Assembly: GCA_003971905.1 (NCBI GenBank)
Contig: RSEE01000007.1
Location: 310,001 to 374,000, forward strand
DNA: 64,000 nucleotides
Source: Moniliella sp. 'wahieum'
Lineage: Eukaryota
Direction: 5' to 3'
The position numbers and the translations under genes are program-made. Below, in pieces: positions 23,148 to 37,880 of the stretch (positions are counted from its first letter, which is position 1; the number at the start of each line of letters is the position of its first letter). The notes below the pieces were generated by a model that did no database searches, was not told the DNA's origin, and was given only the letters and a program-made list of their open reading frames with translations.

Positions 23148-25371
23148 ATGGTCCCCTCTCCCCCGTCCCTATCCCCGCCCCAGTCCTCCTCTCCCGCCTG
23201 CTGCGCAGCCCCTTCCCCCATCACGGCCCGCAGCGCCAAACGGGCCGCAACCCGCTAGGCTTTCGCGGGGACAGATCTACCCCAGGGTCATCTTCACTCC
23301 ATCCTTTCACCTCACCTCCACCGCCTGTGCCACCACCCCTACGACGCAAACGCCTGCCCAGTGAGCCATTGCTTCAGTCTCTCACACCCCTCTCCTCTGC
23401 ACCACCCACAACCGGACCGCGCATCCGTCTCGGCCAGCTCGGAGGCACATCCCTTGCAAGGTATGTATACACACCCCGCCCATTAGGTGTTTGATCGTTA
23501 CTAACTCCTCTGTAGTACCCCCTGCTTCTCGCCGCCGGCATTCGGGTCGGTTTTTGGCCCGCACCTTGTCTCAAACTCTCCGAGCCCCCCGCTTCCCTAC
23601 CCCCCGTGGGCCCAACCGTAGTGGACCCCTCTTCAGCGACATTCCACCTCGGGAGACTATCGAACAGCCAACGCCTGTGCAGGATACTGGTATTGCTCCC
23701 AAAGCGGATGGGAGGCGGATGCCCCCTGAATGACGCTTCCTCACCATGGGGCCATGTGTTCCGAGCCTGGGCAGCAACTTGACAGCCATCCCGTTAACCT
23801 CGCTCTCCACCCCGTCTGAATCGCCTTCGCGTCCGAGTTCCCTCAAGGACCGGGACCCAGAGAACCCCTTATGCATCGATTCGCTCATTGCTCGGCTGCA
23901 GGCCGCGGTGGCGGGTGGAGAGGAGGTGCCGCTTCAGCCTCAACCCCGAAGAGGAAGTCAGGGTCTGGTCCTTCGCACGCCCACTACCAGCGAACTGAGC
24001 ATGTTCCTGACACGGAAAGAGCCCCCTGCTCCTACCAAGTTGTCGGGTCCAACCAGTACACCACTGTTGGACAAGGTGGAAGAGGAGGACGATGCCAGGT
24101 CGTTAACCCATTGGAAACACCACACCCCTGACACACGCTTACCTGCGCCCCCTCCTCCCGACCCGCCTGCTCCCGTACCGGAGGGTGCGCAGGTCATTCC
24201 CTTTGTGGCCAAACCACCGGGGGAAAAGCGGGGAATAGGGGAGTACACGTTGATCAAGGAGATTGGTCGTGGAGCCTATGGTGTTGTTCAACTAGCTCGC
24301 CTAAGTGATCCCTTACGCGGGCAACCCCCTCTGCCCAAGGCGCGGTGGGGAGACCGTGGTGATCAAGTACATTGTCAAGAGCCGTATTCTCGCTGACTGC
24401 TGGCGGCGCCATCGTACGCTTGGCACCATCCCCACCGAGATCCATGTGATGGATCAGCTGCGACGACTGCCTTATCCTCCGCCTCGCTCCTGGCCACCCT
24501 GGAGCCCTGAGATGCTCCTGCCGAGCGTTTTAGCGAAATCCTCAGTCCTGCCGAGAGTTTGTCCCGTGCCCAAGGGGTGCAAGTGGGCGAGCCATTGTAC
24601 CCCCAACTTGACCCACATGCTCGATTTCTTCGAGGACGTCGAGTACTACTACTTGGTCATGCGTCGGTTCGGGGAAGGGCAGGATGTGTTTGACTTTATC
24701 GAATCCTCCGCCGGTGGGTTGGGGTTGCGGGAGGTGCGGTGCATTGCGGGGCAGCTGGCCGCAGCGCTTGTTTTTCTGCATGAGCATGGCATGGTTCACC
24801 GCGACATTAAGGACGAAAACGTGATTCTGGACGGTGCGCCGCTCCATGCGCAGCTGATCGACTTTGGTTCGGCCGCGCACCGCAGTCGGTCGCTGCGCAA
24901 GCGCTTCGACACCTTCTCGGGCACGCTGGAGTATGCTGCGGCGGAGATTTGCGCGGAGAAAGCTACGATGGCCCGGCCCAAGATATATGGGCTTGGGGGG
25001 TGGTGATGTATGTGCTGCTGTGTGGCGAATGTCCATTTTGGAACGGGGAGGAGGCACTGGGTGCGCTCCAGGATCCCACTCGCGCCCGGCTCAGACGCTA
25101 CGCAAGCGGGCGGGTCTGGGGGATATCGGCCATGGGCAGGGGGACGGGCGAGATGGGCAAGCTGATGGCGGAGGCACCGTGGCCGACGCGATTGAGCTCA
25201 TCCATCTCTGTCTCGCAGTCGACCCAGCGGCGCGGCCGAGCGCGCGGCAGGTGTGCACCCACCGCTTCTTTACCGGCCACCCTGGCTGGACCGGTGCCCA
25301 AGGGCTGGTGCCGGCTGGATCCCCACTGGGGCGAGCAATGGCTCGGCGTGCTGCCCGACACAGCCATCTAA
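23148..25371 (+). CDS. Ser/Thr protein kinase, PAS-kinase (Psk/Ppk6)-like catalytic domain
   Basis: EIGRGAYG, VVIKYIVKSRILADCWRRHRTLGTIPTEIHVM, HRDIKDENVILD, LIDFGSAA, FDTFSGTLEYAAAEI, QDIWAWGV. Intron 23461-23516 (GTATGT..TACTAAC..TAG). Start and end approximate. Confidence 0.88.
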
Positions 25372-25857
25372 CGAGAAATATGATGCTACGATACGATTGG
25401 GCGTGCCTTGCGCCTGCGTCCGGGCGCTGGGCCGAAGGAGGAGGTTGCGACCGGAGGAGGAGGTAGTGACGCTTGCTGCGGTGGGCAAATGGGCACGCAA
25501 GCGAGACAAGATGCAACATTGAAAGTTGAACTCATCGAGCCAGTTCGGGCTGCTTCGTCGCGGCTGCCGGGCGCGGGGGCAGTGTCTCCGTGTCGACGCG
25601 CACCCCCCGGCACTGCCCACCAACAGCGCCGCTGTGCCCGGGACAGGGGCAACCCTAGCGGTGGCCCAGCGCCGACGCTGGCCCAGAGCAGCTGGCAAGC
25701 CCAGACGATGCGTATGGCGCAGCCCACGCCCCGTTCCACCCACCACCACCACCCCACCACCACCACCACCACCACCTCTACCACCGTTGCTCGGACACTT
25801 GGAACGTACGTACCCCACCTGCGTCCTACCTGCCTCTGCCTGCGTGCGGCGATCTAA

Positions 25858-26520
<663 letters not shown>

Positions 26521-27024
26521 TGAGATAGCCCGCGAGTTACGTAAGGTCGATGCTGCTCGGCTGCGTGGCGCGTTGCAGCTGGGCAATTGGCGCCCTCGTA
26601 TCCACCAAGGCACAGTGGCTCCACATCGTGCTCCTCCGCCTCCTCTTTGCGCGGCATCTGATCATTTCGAGACGCATCTACCGCCTCACCCGCACGCCCT
26701 GGTTTCGCGTGACTGTCGTTGGCCTGCCACGGGGGATCTCGGATCTCAGATCCACTGTCCATACTGCGACGGGTTATACTAGCGGAAATGGCGACGGCTG
26801 GCCAAACAAAGGGGGTAAGGGCTGGCTGACCGCTGACGCTGATTGTCTGTAGTACATATCGCAAACACCGAAGAGGGCAGAATGCATGGATCCTGAAACG
26901 AAAGCAAGATACATCAAGATTCGGAACCGTGACATGGGACACGGCCGACCCAACCGGCAACCGCTTCGACGATGCGCGCCTGTCACTCCCAAGGGAGAGC
27001 AAGAGGGGCATGGCTGGTGCTTAT

Positions 27025-28686
<1,662 letters not shown>

Positions 28687-30931
28687 GGGGCAGAGAGAGG
28701 AGGGGGGGGGAGGGGGGGGAGAGGTGGGGGAGAGGCAAGAAGTGAGCAGGGGGTCGAGTGTTGATGGCTCGTGACGGGTGACGCATGACGGACTCTGCCA
28801 CGTGGAGTGGGCTGGTGCGAGCGGGGCGGTGGTGCTGTGCGCGTCAGGCCACGCTGCTGGTTCCGCCGCTGGTTCCGCTGCGGTGTCGCCGGGCACGGGG
28901 CGACTGGCGCAGTGGGAGGGGCCCGTGCGCGGCGCGTAGATGCAGATGGCGTGGTGTCTCTTCTTGCACACTTGCTACACCGGGATATACTCCAGATGCA
29001 CCCCATAGCTGCTGGTCCAATGTGGGTACACCATCGCTTGCTGCCGGGCTGTGGCAACCATCCCCGCACCCACCTGCCAAATCACCCGCCCATGCGAGAG
29101 CTGCCTCAACGATGTAAGCCCTCTTACGCCGTACTATACCATCACAGGCCATCCCCGCAACCCCAGGGCCTGGACCCACCCGCGGCTACATTGCCTCTCC
29201 TCTGGGACTTGGACGCTAGTGGCTCGACTACATGGCCAAAGGAGGAGATCATCCACACCATCAACGACTACTCATGGCACTCATGGGGCAGATATGGCTG
29301 CTGCCCGTTTTCTCTTCTTTTTGTGGGGTGAGAGTACGGGTCGAATAAGGATCCAAGCGGGCTGGATGCACACCCAACAGAACTGGCCGAACGCTGTTGA
29401 CCACATCATGAGATCAATAATCAGATCTCAGAGGTCTATAACCCTGCTGGTTCTCGTCATGTCTCTTTCCCCACCATGGTGGTGCACTCGTGCGGGTGTT
29501 GGATCGACTTTTCAATATTCTTCTCTAGCGTCTTTGATGTATCGATTGCACTCGCGGATCGCAGCCCACTTGGACCGGATGGGAAACCGCCCGCGCAAGG
29601 AGATATGGATTGGACCCCGCCCTCTGGGCCAAGTGGTCCAAGCCGCCGCCAACGTCGAGCGTTGACCCGACCAAGGCTGAGCGTCCATCCGTCCCGCGCC
29701 CCGAATCATGAATCACGAATCACGTCCCTCCGCCCCCCGCTTCTCTAGCGCAAACAGGGGAACCCAACCCTGCGGAACGCACAGCTGTATAGTAGTCCCA
29801 AGCTCACCCAGCACACCATAGGATCGGCATCAGCTACCACACTGCAGTCGGTCCACATGTGACCAACTCCGTCCAGCTCTCCACCTTGGTCCCGGGTGCC
29901 CTCCCGCGCGTGAGGGCTCGATCCTGATTCCATATTCACGGACCAACCACAACCGCGCTCGGGGGACATTTTGGTTGATTGGAATTCTGCCTGGCTGTCA
30001 TGCATCGTGTCTGCCTTGCGCGACCTGTGCCTTGCGTCCCACTATGACGCGAACCATTAATCGTAATCAACGACATCGACGACCGAACCAAGCCGAAACG
30101 GTGACGAGCCACCTGGCCCCGCGCGCCACCATTCATTCACCACGTCCGGGAGCTGCGAGAAGGGGGGAGGCGAAGAAAGTAACGAGAGTGAGTGGGAGAG
30201 CGAGCGCGGGAGGAGGAGACAGACACCAAAACACACACAGGGAGAAACGGTGGAGGGCGCTGGTACACTCTATCGGTTGAGAATGATGGTACCACCCAGG
30301 TCGGGGGGGGGTACCGGTGGGCCATCGAGCCACTTGGCCAGGCAGGGGGCGGGGGGGTACTAGCTGCGGGAGGGGAGAGTCGGACGCAGGTGGGTGCAGC
30401 TGGGACGTGCTCCGTTGCACCGCGTGCTCAGGCTCGAACCCACGCATTGGCTCGGGGGTGCGGGCCGAGGGAGGCTAATGGCTAGAAAGGCGAGAGGAGG
30501 AGCAACTAGGTGTATGGGGGTGATTATGCCAGGGGGAAGAAAAAGACAAAAGACAAAAGAGTGGGGCGTGGGGGGTCGTGGAAAATGGCGCAGCAGCTCA
30601 AACGAGGTGGTGGGGGGAAGTGGGGCAGGGCAAAGAGGGCAAAGAACAAGGGAGAGGCGGTGGGGGTGTAAAAAAAGGGAGGGAAACGGTCAACAGGCGT
30701 CAATGGCAGGGAAGGAAGGTAATGTCAGGGTCGCACACGCTGGGGCGCCGAGCTGTGGGTGGCCGGGGCCTTTTGGAGGCAACCCCGAGCGCGGCAAAGG
30801 GTGGGAGGCGGGTAGGGGGGAGGGGTCGTCTATGTTCCCTGTGGGAAGGAGCTGGTATCGGAACAACGATGCCCCCCCCCCCCGCCCACCGCACGGGTAC
30901 CAACCGGGGTTGGCACGCAAAAAAATGGAGG

Positions 30932-31030
30932 GCAAAGCAAAACAAAGCAAAGCAGAGCAGAGCAAAGCAGAGCAGAGCAGAGCAAAGCGAGGTGAGGTGA
31001 GGTGAGGTGAGGTGAGGTGAGGCGAAGTGA
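30932..31030. repeat. Compound pentanucleotide microsatellite (ARAGC)n then (GGTGA)n
   Basis: Seen directly downstream of the PP1-regulator gene. Confidence 0.85.
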
Positions 31031-31058
31031 GGCTGGGACATGGGCGCAAGACACGCAC

Positions 31059-31108
31059 CATGCGACGTCCGCCATGCGACGTCCGCCATGCGACGTCCGC
31101 CCTGCGAC
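31059..31108. repeat. 14-bp tandem repeat CATGCGACGTCCGC (about 3.5 copies)
   Basis: Seen directly, immediately 3' of the stop codon at 31110. Confidence 0.85.
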
Positions 31109-31109
31109 A

Positions 31110-33061
31110 TCAGACAAAAAACTGGGTAAAGATTCGGGACGAGGAGCGACGACCATCTCCTCCATTTTGAACGTGTTGAGTTCCTCCTTGATGCGCTGGG
31201 CGAGTTGGGGCGTGAGCAAGTTGCAGGTCGACGGTGCGCCGCGGCGATCGTACACGTCTGCTGGCCACGTGGCATGCGTCCGGTCCGCATCGGAAAACAT
31301 CACTTTGCCCCCGCTCGCACTCGCACTGGTCCCGGTACTCGTGCTGAGCGGTACGCCGAGCCGCGGCAGGAGCGCGCTGGCGACGTTGCTGGTGGAGCGA
31401 GCGCGCGGGTCGGGGTGCGCGAGCGATGGCGCGGCCGCGTCGGGCGCAAGCGCCGAGGTGGAGTTGGCGTGTTTCAAAATCGGTCGAGGCGGGGTGAGCT
31501 TAGCTTCTTCGGCGGCGCGGTGGCGGGAGAGGGCCAAGGCCTGCGCCCAGCGTTTCAGCTCGAGCGCTTGGCCCGCACGCTCCTCGTCGTGCGCATAGGG
31601 CGTGAGGGAGGACGAGGAGTGGGCCGAAGCACCATCGTCCCACCCTTGGTCCCACCCGCCTCGCGCATTCAACTCGTCCGCCACCTGGTCCAGGTCCACC
31701 TCCTCCTGTCCTGCCTGCAGCGCAGGCTCGCCATCCAGAGGAGGGTACGACTCGCCCGAGTCGGTCCTGCGGTGCCCGCGCAGCGGGAGCGCGAACCGGT
31801 GCGGGTCGTGCTCGCCCTCGGCTTGCGCTAGCGCACGCAGCGCAGCCGAGTTGAGCGGTACCGACCCGGCCAACGGATCGCCCAGCTCATCGTCCGAATC
31901 CTCCTCCTCCTCTGCATTCGGCACCTCGCCCCGCCTCGGCTCCACCCGTTCCCGTTCACGCACCTCGGTGTCCCGCCGCGGCAGGCCTTGGCCCAGATCC
32001 GTCCGCTCCGCCACTTGACGCCGGTACAGCTCCGCAGGGTCAAGCCCACGGGCGCAGTGCTGGGCGCGGTAGGCCCGCGCGTCGCACCGGCCGCGGCAGC
32101 GGCAAAGGATCGAGGTGCCTGTGCGCCGCTGGCCGAGACCGTGTGGGCCGGAGGTGAGACCGGCGGCCGGGGCAGAGGCAGAGGCAGAGGCAGAGGTACC
32201 AGCTTTGCGCAACGCTTTGGCCCACCGGCGGGGACCCTTGACCTCGGGCGCTGGCGCTGGTTGCGCCCCGGTCCCCGCTCGATCTCGGGAGGCATCTGGG
32301 ACCGCGTCGAGTTCCGCGTGCGGCTGGTTGAGCTGGGTGGTAGAGGCGGAGCGGAAGAGGCTGCGGGACTTTTTGGCGAGCGAGCCGAGCCGGGCGGCTT
32401 TGCGGAACGCAGCCGAGGCCGTGGAGATGGTAGAGCTGATGGACAGACGCGAGGAAAGCGATACATTGTCCGTCGACGCATTGAACCGCCGATCAAAGAT
32501 CCTCCTACCCGAGCTGGCGCCGGCCGGACGGGGGCTGCGCGCGCGTACGCCGATCCGTTCGGTGCGCCCAGTGGAGGCTCAGCTGAGGAGGTGGGGCCGG
32601 TGCGCGCCGGCTGCGACGGCAGCAAGTTCGGTGCGGATTGCATGGCAATTGGGGGGGCGGGCACGGTCGAGTCGGAGGAGGCGAGCGAGGGTGGAGGGAG
32701 GGCATGGGTCGGGGTCAGGGTCGGGGCCGGGAGGGGCGCCGGATGAGCGCGACCAGCAGCGACGGCGGCATAGGAGACGGAGGACGCGTGCGGGCCCGCG
32801 GCGGGCGGGCGGGGCGAGGGTGCGCGGGGGGAAGCGGAGGAGGAGGCGGGGGGGGGGGGGCGGAGGGGCAGGGGCGGGGAAGGGGCGGGGACAGGGGCGG
32901 GGGCAGGGGGCGGGGAAGGGGCGCGGGGCGGGGGACGGGGACGGGGACGGGGACGGGGACGGGACGGCTTGCGGTGGGGCGAGACGCGCGGCGGAGGGGG
33001 CCGAGCGGGGGGGGCGAGGAGGTGTGGCCAAGCCACGGCGGGGGCGGTGGAGGGCGGGCAT
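31110..33061 (-). CDS. Bni4/Phactr-like protein phosphatase 1 regulatory protein
   Basis: PRPILK and an RVxF-like KVMF, then HATWPADVYDRRG..TCNLLTPQLAQRIKEELNTFKMEEM..SRIFTQFFV*. Low-complexity N-terminus; start approximate. Confidence 0.8.
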
Positions 33062-33425
33062 GGCGGCGGTGGGGGTGGGGCGGCGGGCGGCCCAGACGCT
33101 GAGCGGGGCGGCGGGCGTGGTGAGGCTGGTGAGGCTGGAGAGGCTGGTGAGGTGGTGAGGCCGAGAGGAGGCGCGGGACGCGGAGACGCACACCGCCACG
33201 GGGCGGCGTCACCCGTCACCCATCCCACCGCCCCCGCCAGCCGCCCGCCGCCCGCACGGCGCCAGTGAGCCCACGAGCCACGAGCCAGCCCTGTGTCCCC
33301 TGTGCTTACCTAACGCGCCACCCGCATCACATCCCATCACCGTGCCCACATCCGCCGGGGGTCCTGCCTAATACACGCACGCCTGTCCGCCCCCAGCTTG
33401 CTCGGTTCGCAGTCTCATTCTCCAT

Positions 33426-36400
33426 CTACTCTCCTCCTCCTCCCCTCCCCCGCCCCGCACCTCGACGGGCTAGCGCTGCGCCACCGCCGCGTACCCACGC
33501 ATGCGCACGCGCGGTGTAAGTGGCGCCGACGCCGACGGCGCAGCGAGCCGGCAAGCTCGGTGCCATGGCCCGGGCGCGGGGGCGCAAAGCCAAACGGCGG
33601 CGGCGGCGGGAAGAGGCCCGGGGCCATGCCTTGCACCCTTGCATCCCTTGCATGCCCTGCATGCCCTGCATGCCGGGCAAGTTGGCCAGCGGCGGCAAGG
33701 GCGGCGCGAGGCGTGCGGCGGCGCCCACGTCGGCCGCGTAGGCCGGGTAGCCGTGCGCTTGGGCGTGCGCCAACGCATGCGCCTGCGCCACTTGCAGTTG
33801 CGCTTGCGCCGTCGCGATCGCCGCTGCGTACTCGGGTGGGACCGAGTACGCAGGCCCAGGCGGCGGCCCAAACGCTCCCCGGCATGCGCGTGGCTCCCAA
33901 CGGGCGTCGTGCTTGCCATGCCGGACGAGCGCACCGGTCCTGGCCCGGGCGGTGGGACTTGGGCTTGGGCTGGAGCTGGCCCTTGTGATTGTGATGTGCC
34001 TGTGATTGTGCTTGTGCTTGTGCTGGCGGCGGCACAGAGAGGGACGAGGCAGGTTGCAACGCCGTGTCGGGCGGGGCGGTGCCCAAGCGGTAGGCGCCCG
34101 GCCCGGCTGGCGGGTGTGCTGCAGCTCGTAGTACTCCACGTCCTGCACAACGACGTCTGGCCCGGTACTCGGCAAAGAGGTGGAGCATGGTGAGGCAGCT
34201 TGGGTCGGCAGTTCCTGCGTGTCGCGCGATTGGGTCACTGGCTTTTGCTCGGCCGTATTGGGTGAGGCGCAAGTGACGAAACGTGGCGTTGGGCACACTT
34301 CACCGCCGCCCACTCGACCGAAAACGTGCCTTTCCACTTATTCTCTGCGCCCACACCGTCGCTGACGTCTCGTAGTCCGGCGACCGCATCTCCGCCACGC
34401 CACAAAAGTGGCCCGACGCATTCACCGAAAACAAGAGCCAAATCGCGGGCCCGACCATCCACCTCCCCCGGCCCCGCCGCCGCTCCCCGCCTCGGCTCGG
34501 ACGACGCCCCGGCACCTGCACCCGCACCCGCACCCGCAGCGGCAACCGAAACCGGTCGCTTCGTGTCCCGGAACGCACGGTCCAAACGGAGGTTGCCCTT
34601 TTCGTGCTGGCCCAAATGCGATGGGTGAGCGATTTGGCCACATCGTCCTCGGTAAACGACTTGATCACAAAGTAGCGCGTTCCGGGCGGCTGCGGAGCGA
34701 GGAACCGTTCAGTTGCCGTGACGGGCCCTGGCCCTGTCCCTGGCCCGGGCCGGCCGTCGGGAGGCTAGGCGTCGCGGGCGGCAGCGGGGCGGTGACAGCG
34801 GTTAGAGGCAGCAGCAGCGGTAGAAGACGGTCCCAAAAGCGGGGAGCCACCGGCGACAGGTCCGGCGGGGTTAGTGCGGCCAGGCGCGGTGGTCGAGGGC
34901 GGAAGCAGGTGGCAGTGGGCCCAGGGTTGAGGCCACCCATCAGCGGGGCGGGTAGCGGTACGAGGGCGGACCAAGCCATACGGGTACGACGGGGCCGCAC
35001 TCGGTGCGGCCGACGTGACCGTGGCGCCCGCCAGGGGAGGAGCGTCGCTCAAGTTGCTAGGCATCTCGTCCGAGTGTGCGCGGGCGGTGGCGTGGAAGGG
35101 GAGACAGGCGGTGTGCGAAGGGGTGGGTAGTGCGATTTGCCAATCGGACCGTACGGTGCCTCTCCCGATTGGGGTCGGGCAGAAGCGAATGCGAAGGCCC
35201 AGCCGCGGCGGCCGACACAATTCCATGGCCGCCCGTAGGCAAATGGGAGGTGGTGAGCCGCATGCCAATCGCACGGCGCGCGTCTGCCCAGATCCGGGGG
35301 CCACCGACGCCGACGAAACAGGCGAAGGGAAGCACTCGACCCAAACCCATCCCCCCGCCCTGCCCGACGCCAGGCATGAGCGTGGCAGCATGTTGGGGCG
35401 GACGCGGTGGCGGCGGTCGGGACGAAGGGTAGGGCGCGACGGGCTGGCTGGTGGTGGTGGTGGTGGTGGAGGACGGGTGAAGCGAGTTGGCCCGTCGGAC
35501 CGCCTGGCGCGCCGCGCGCGGCGGCGGCGGCGGCGACGGCGTCGACCCCGCAATTCCGCCACTTGATCCGGCTCGGCCACCAAGCCGCCGTAGCCCGAAA
35601 GCGAACCGGGCGAAGGCGATCCTCCGTGCTGCACGGCCGACGCTCCGGACGGTCCCGAGGGGGTACGCCGCGAGGGCAGCCGCATCGAGGTAGCTCGGCC
35701 CAATCCCGGAATGGAGGCGCTAAGCTGACGCTGCCCAAGGCATGCACCAAGTTATCGGCCGAGGAGGTGTTGGAGCGTGCTGGCAGGGTCGGCCGGGGAG
35801 GTCAACCGGGAGCCAATGGCACCCATTCCACATTGGCACTGCTCGTCGAAGACGAGGGAGGCAGAGGGTAGCCACTAGGAGAGCGAGCGAGATCGTCGCC
35901 AGCGCGGGATGGGGACCGGGGCCGGGTGCGCTTCCGAGGCACTGGCGGCGGTAGCCGATGCTGATGCTGCGGCTGTCGCAGCCGCGCGCGGGAGAGTGTG
36001 GGGGGACGGGGTGTGGCTGTGGTATGTCAGGCACGGGCCATGGTGGCACGGGGCGGGAGCCGACGGGGGGGCGGGCCGGGCGCGGCCGACGAGGGCGTGT
36101 GGCGGCGGGGCGGGAGGAGAGGGGAGAAGGGGACGAGCCAGGGGCCGAGGCAGCGCCAGCGCCAGCGCCAGCGCCAAAAAGCATGTCGCCAGCCTCGTCG
36201 GGCTCGGCGGTGAGCATGGGGGGGCGGGGAGGGGCCCAGGGGAGATCCAAGGGGGCGGCGGGCGGAGGGGGGCGCGGGTGGAGGTCGAGGGTCTGGGGGG
36301 GTGGTGGACGGAAGAGGGGGTTGGTGGTGGTGGTGGTGTTGGGTTGGTGGTGCGGAGGCTGAAGCTGCTGCTGGCAGAATGGGCGGAGTGGGACGTCCGG

Positions 36401-36739
36401 GGCGCGGCCACTGGGTGGGCTGGCGGACAGGGTGGGGGCGGCGCCGGGGGTACCGAGGCGTTGCGGCGGCGGAAGGCCAGAAGGGGGCGGTGGGGATGTG
36501 GGCGCGGGTGGGGCGCGCGGCGTCGTAGGCTACGGCCAGTGCGGCGGCATCGGGGGATGGCGGCAAACGCAGCGAGGGGGGGTCGAGGGGGGCCGAGGGG
36601 GCGGGGAGGGGGGTGGGGTGGAAGGCCCGGGCGAGGGTGCGGGTGCGGGTGCGTGTGGGGTGCGTGTGCGGGCGAGGCAGGGGCGAGGGCAGGAGGAGGG
36701 GGCGTGGGCGAGGGTGGGTGCGGGGTGGCGGTCGGCCAT
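33426..36739 (-). CDS. YTH-domain RNA-binding protein (YTHDF/Pho92-like)
   Basis: RYFVIKSFTEDDVAKSLTHRIWAST.KGNLRLDRAF..FSVNASGHFCGVAEM..VWAQ.NKWKGTFSVEW..PNATFRHLRL..KPVTQSRDTQEL at about 34680-34200. The long Pro/Ala-rich flanks make the boundaries uncertain. Confidence 0.85.
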
Positions 36740-37880
36740 GGGGGCGGGCGCAATGGTGTGGCGGCGGCGGAGGGGCGGTGAGGATGACGGGCGGGGGTGA
36801 GATGGCGGCGAGGGAGAAGGAAATGGCGATGGCTAACCCACAGCCAAGCGCCCGTGGTGGAGCGCATGGGCACCCGGGTGCGGCGGGCGGAAAGAGGACG
36901 CCGAGGCCCGAGTGCGTGTGGTGCCCGGGGCGGATTTGGGGGGCGTGGGCGCGGGGGCAGTGTGAGGCTGCGCGCTGCGCACCAGCCGAGCGCAGCTGGG
37001 CAGCGCTGGAGTGGGCGTGTCGCGTGATGTGCTGTGTGCGCATGGCTGATGCGGAGGCCAGGGGCGTCGGCTGGGCGTAGGCATAGGCGGAGGCAGCGTG
37101 GCCGAGTGTGCTAGTGGCTAATGCCCTAATGGGGGCAGCCCAGGCCAAGCCCCGCCGTCGCAGCCGCACGAGGCCAGCGTAGGCAAATCGTCGGTTGAAC
37201 GTTGACGTTGACGCGTGGGCTGCCTTGCTGTCCGCTTTCTCGCCTCGTCCGCCTGGGCGTCTGGCGCCGTCGTTGCGTCGTTGCGTCGGGGCTCTCGACA
37301 GGCTCTCACGCTCTCGGCAGTCGGGCTGCCAGTGGAAGCTTTGTACGGTTTACGCGGCATGTTTCAACGGTGGCAAGTGTTATGGCCAGAGCGCGTTACA
37401 CGTTACACGCTATTTCTGTGCGGACGCTTGTACCAGCGGGAAGCACCCATCGACGAGCGTTTGGAACGTTGGAACGTGGCAGTGGGAGGCGTTGGACGAG
37501 GGGCGATGGGGGTGGGAGGTGGGAGGCGGGGGGCCAGGTGCGGTCGCGGGGGCACATGGGACAGGTGGCATGCCAGGGTGACACGGTGGCCAGGCCAGAG
37601 CCGGCATCACCACAGTGGCTGCCGCCCAGCGCGCATGCTCGCACCTGGCCACCGCTGATGATCAGCCATCCCAGAGCAGCAGCACACACAGGCGCGTGCC
37701 TGCGCCCGCCGTCTGGCAGTGGCCCCAACGCAGCCACCAGCTCACCTCAGCGCTCAGCCGCTCATCTGCCGCTCCCAAGTTCAGCTGCCAAGCCCACGCC
37801 TCATCCATCATCCATCCTCCCTCCTCCGCTCAACCATCCCTCCGTCCGCGTGCTGCCCTCCACGCCCCCCCCTCCCGGCC

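Noticed and set aside
28900..30900. ORFs in the gap between PGM and the PP1-regulator gene
   Set aside because: The translations are low-complexity or motif-free. The region is more likely UTR and promoter sequence.
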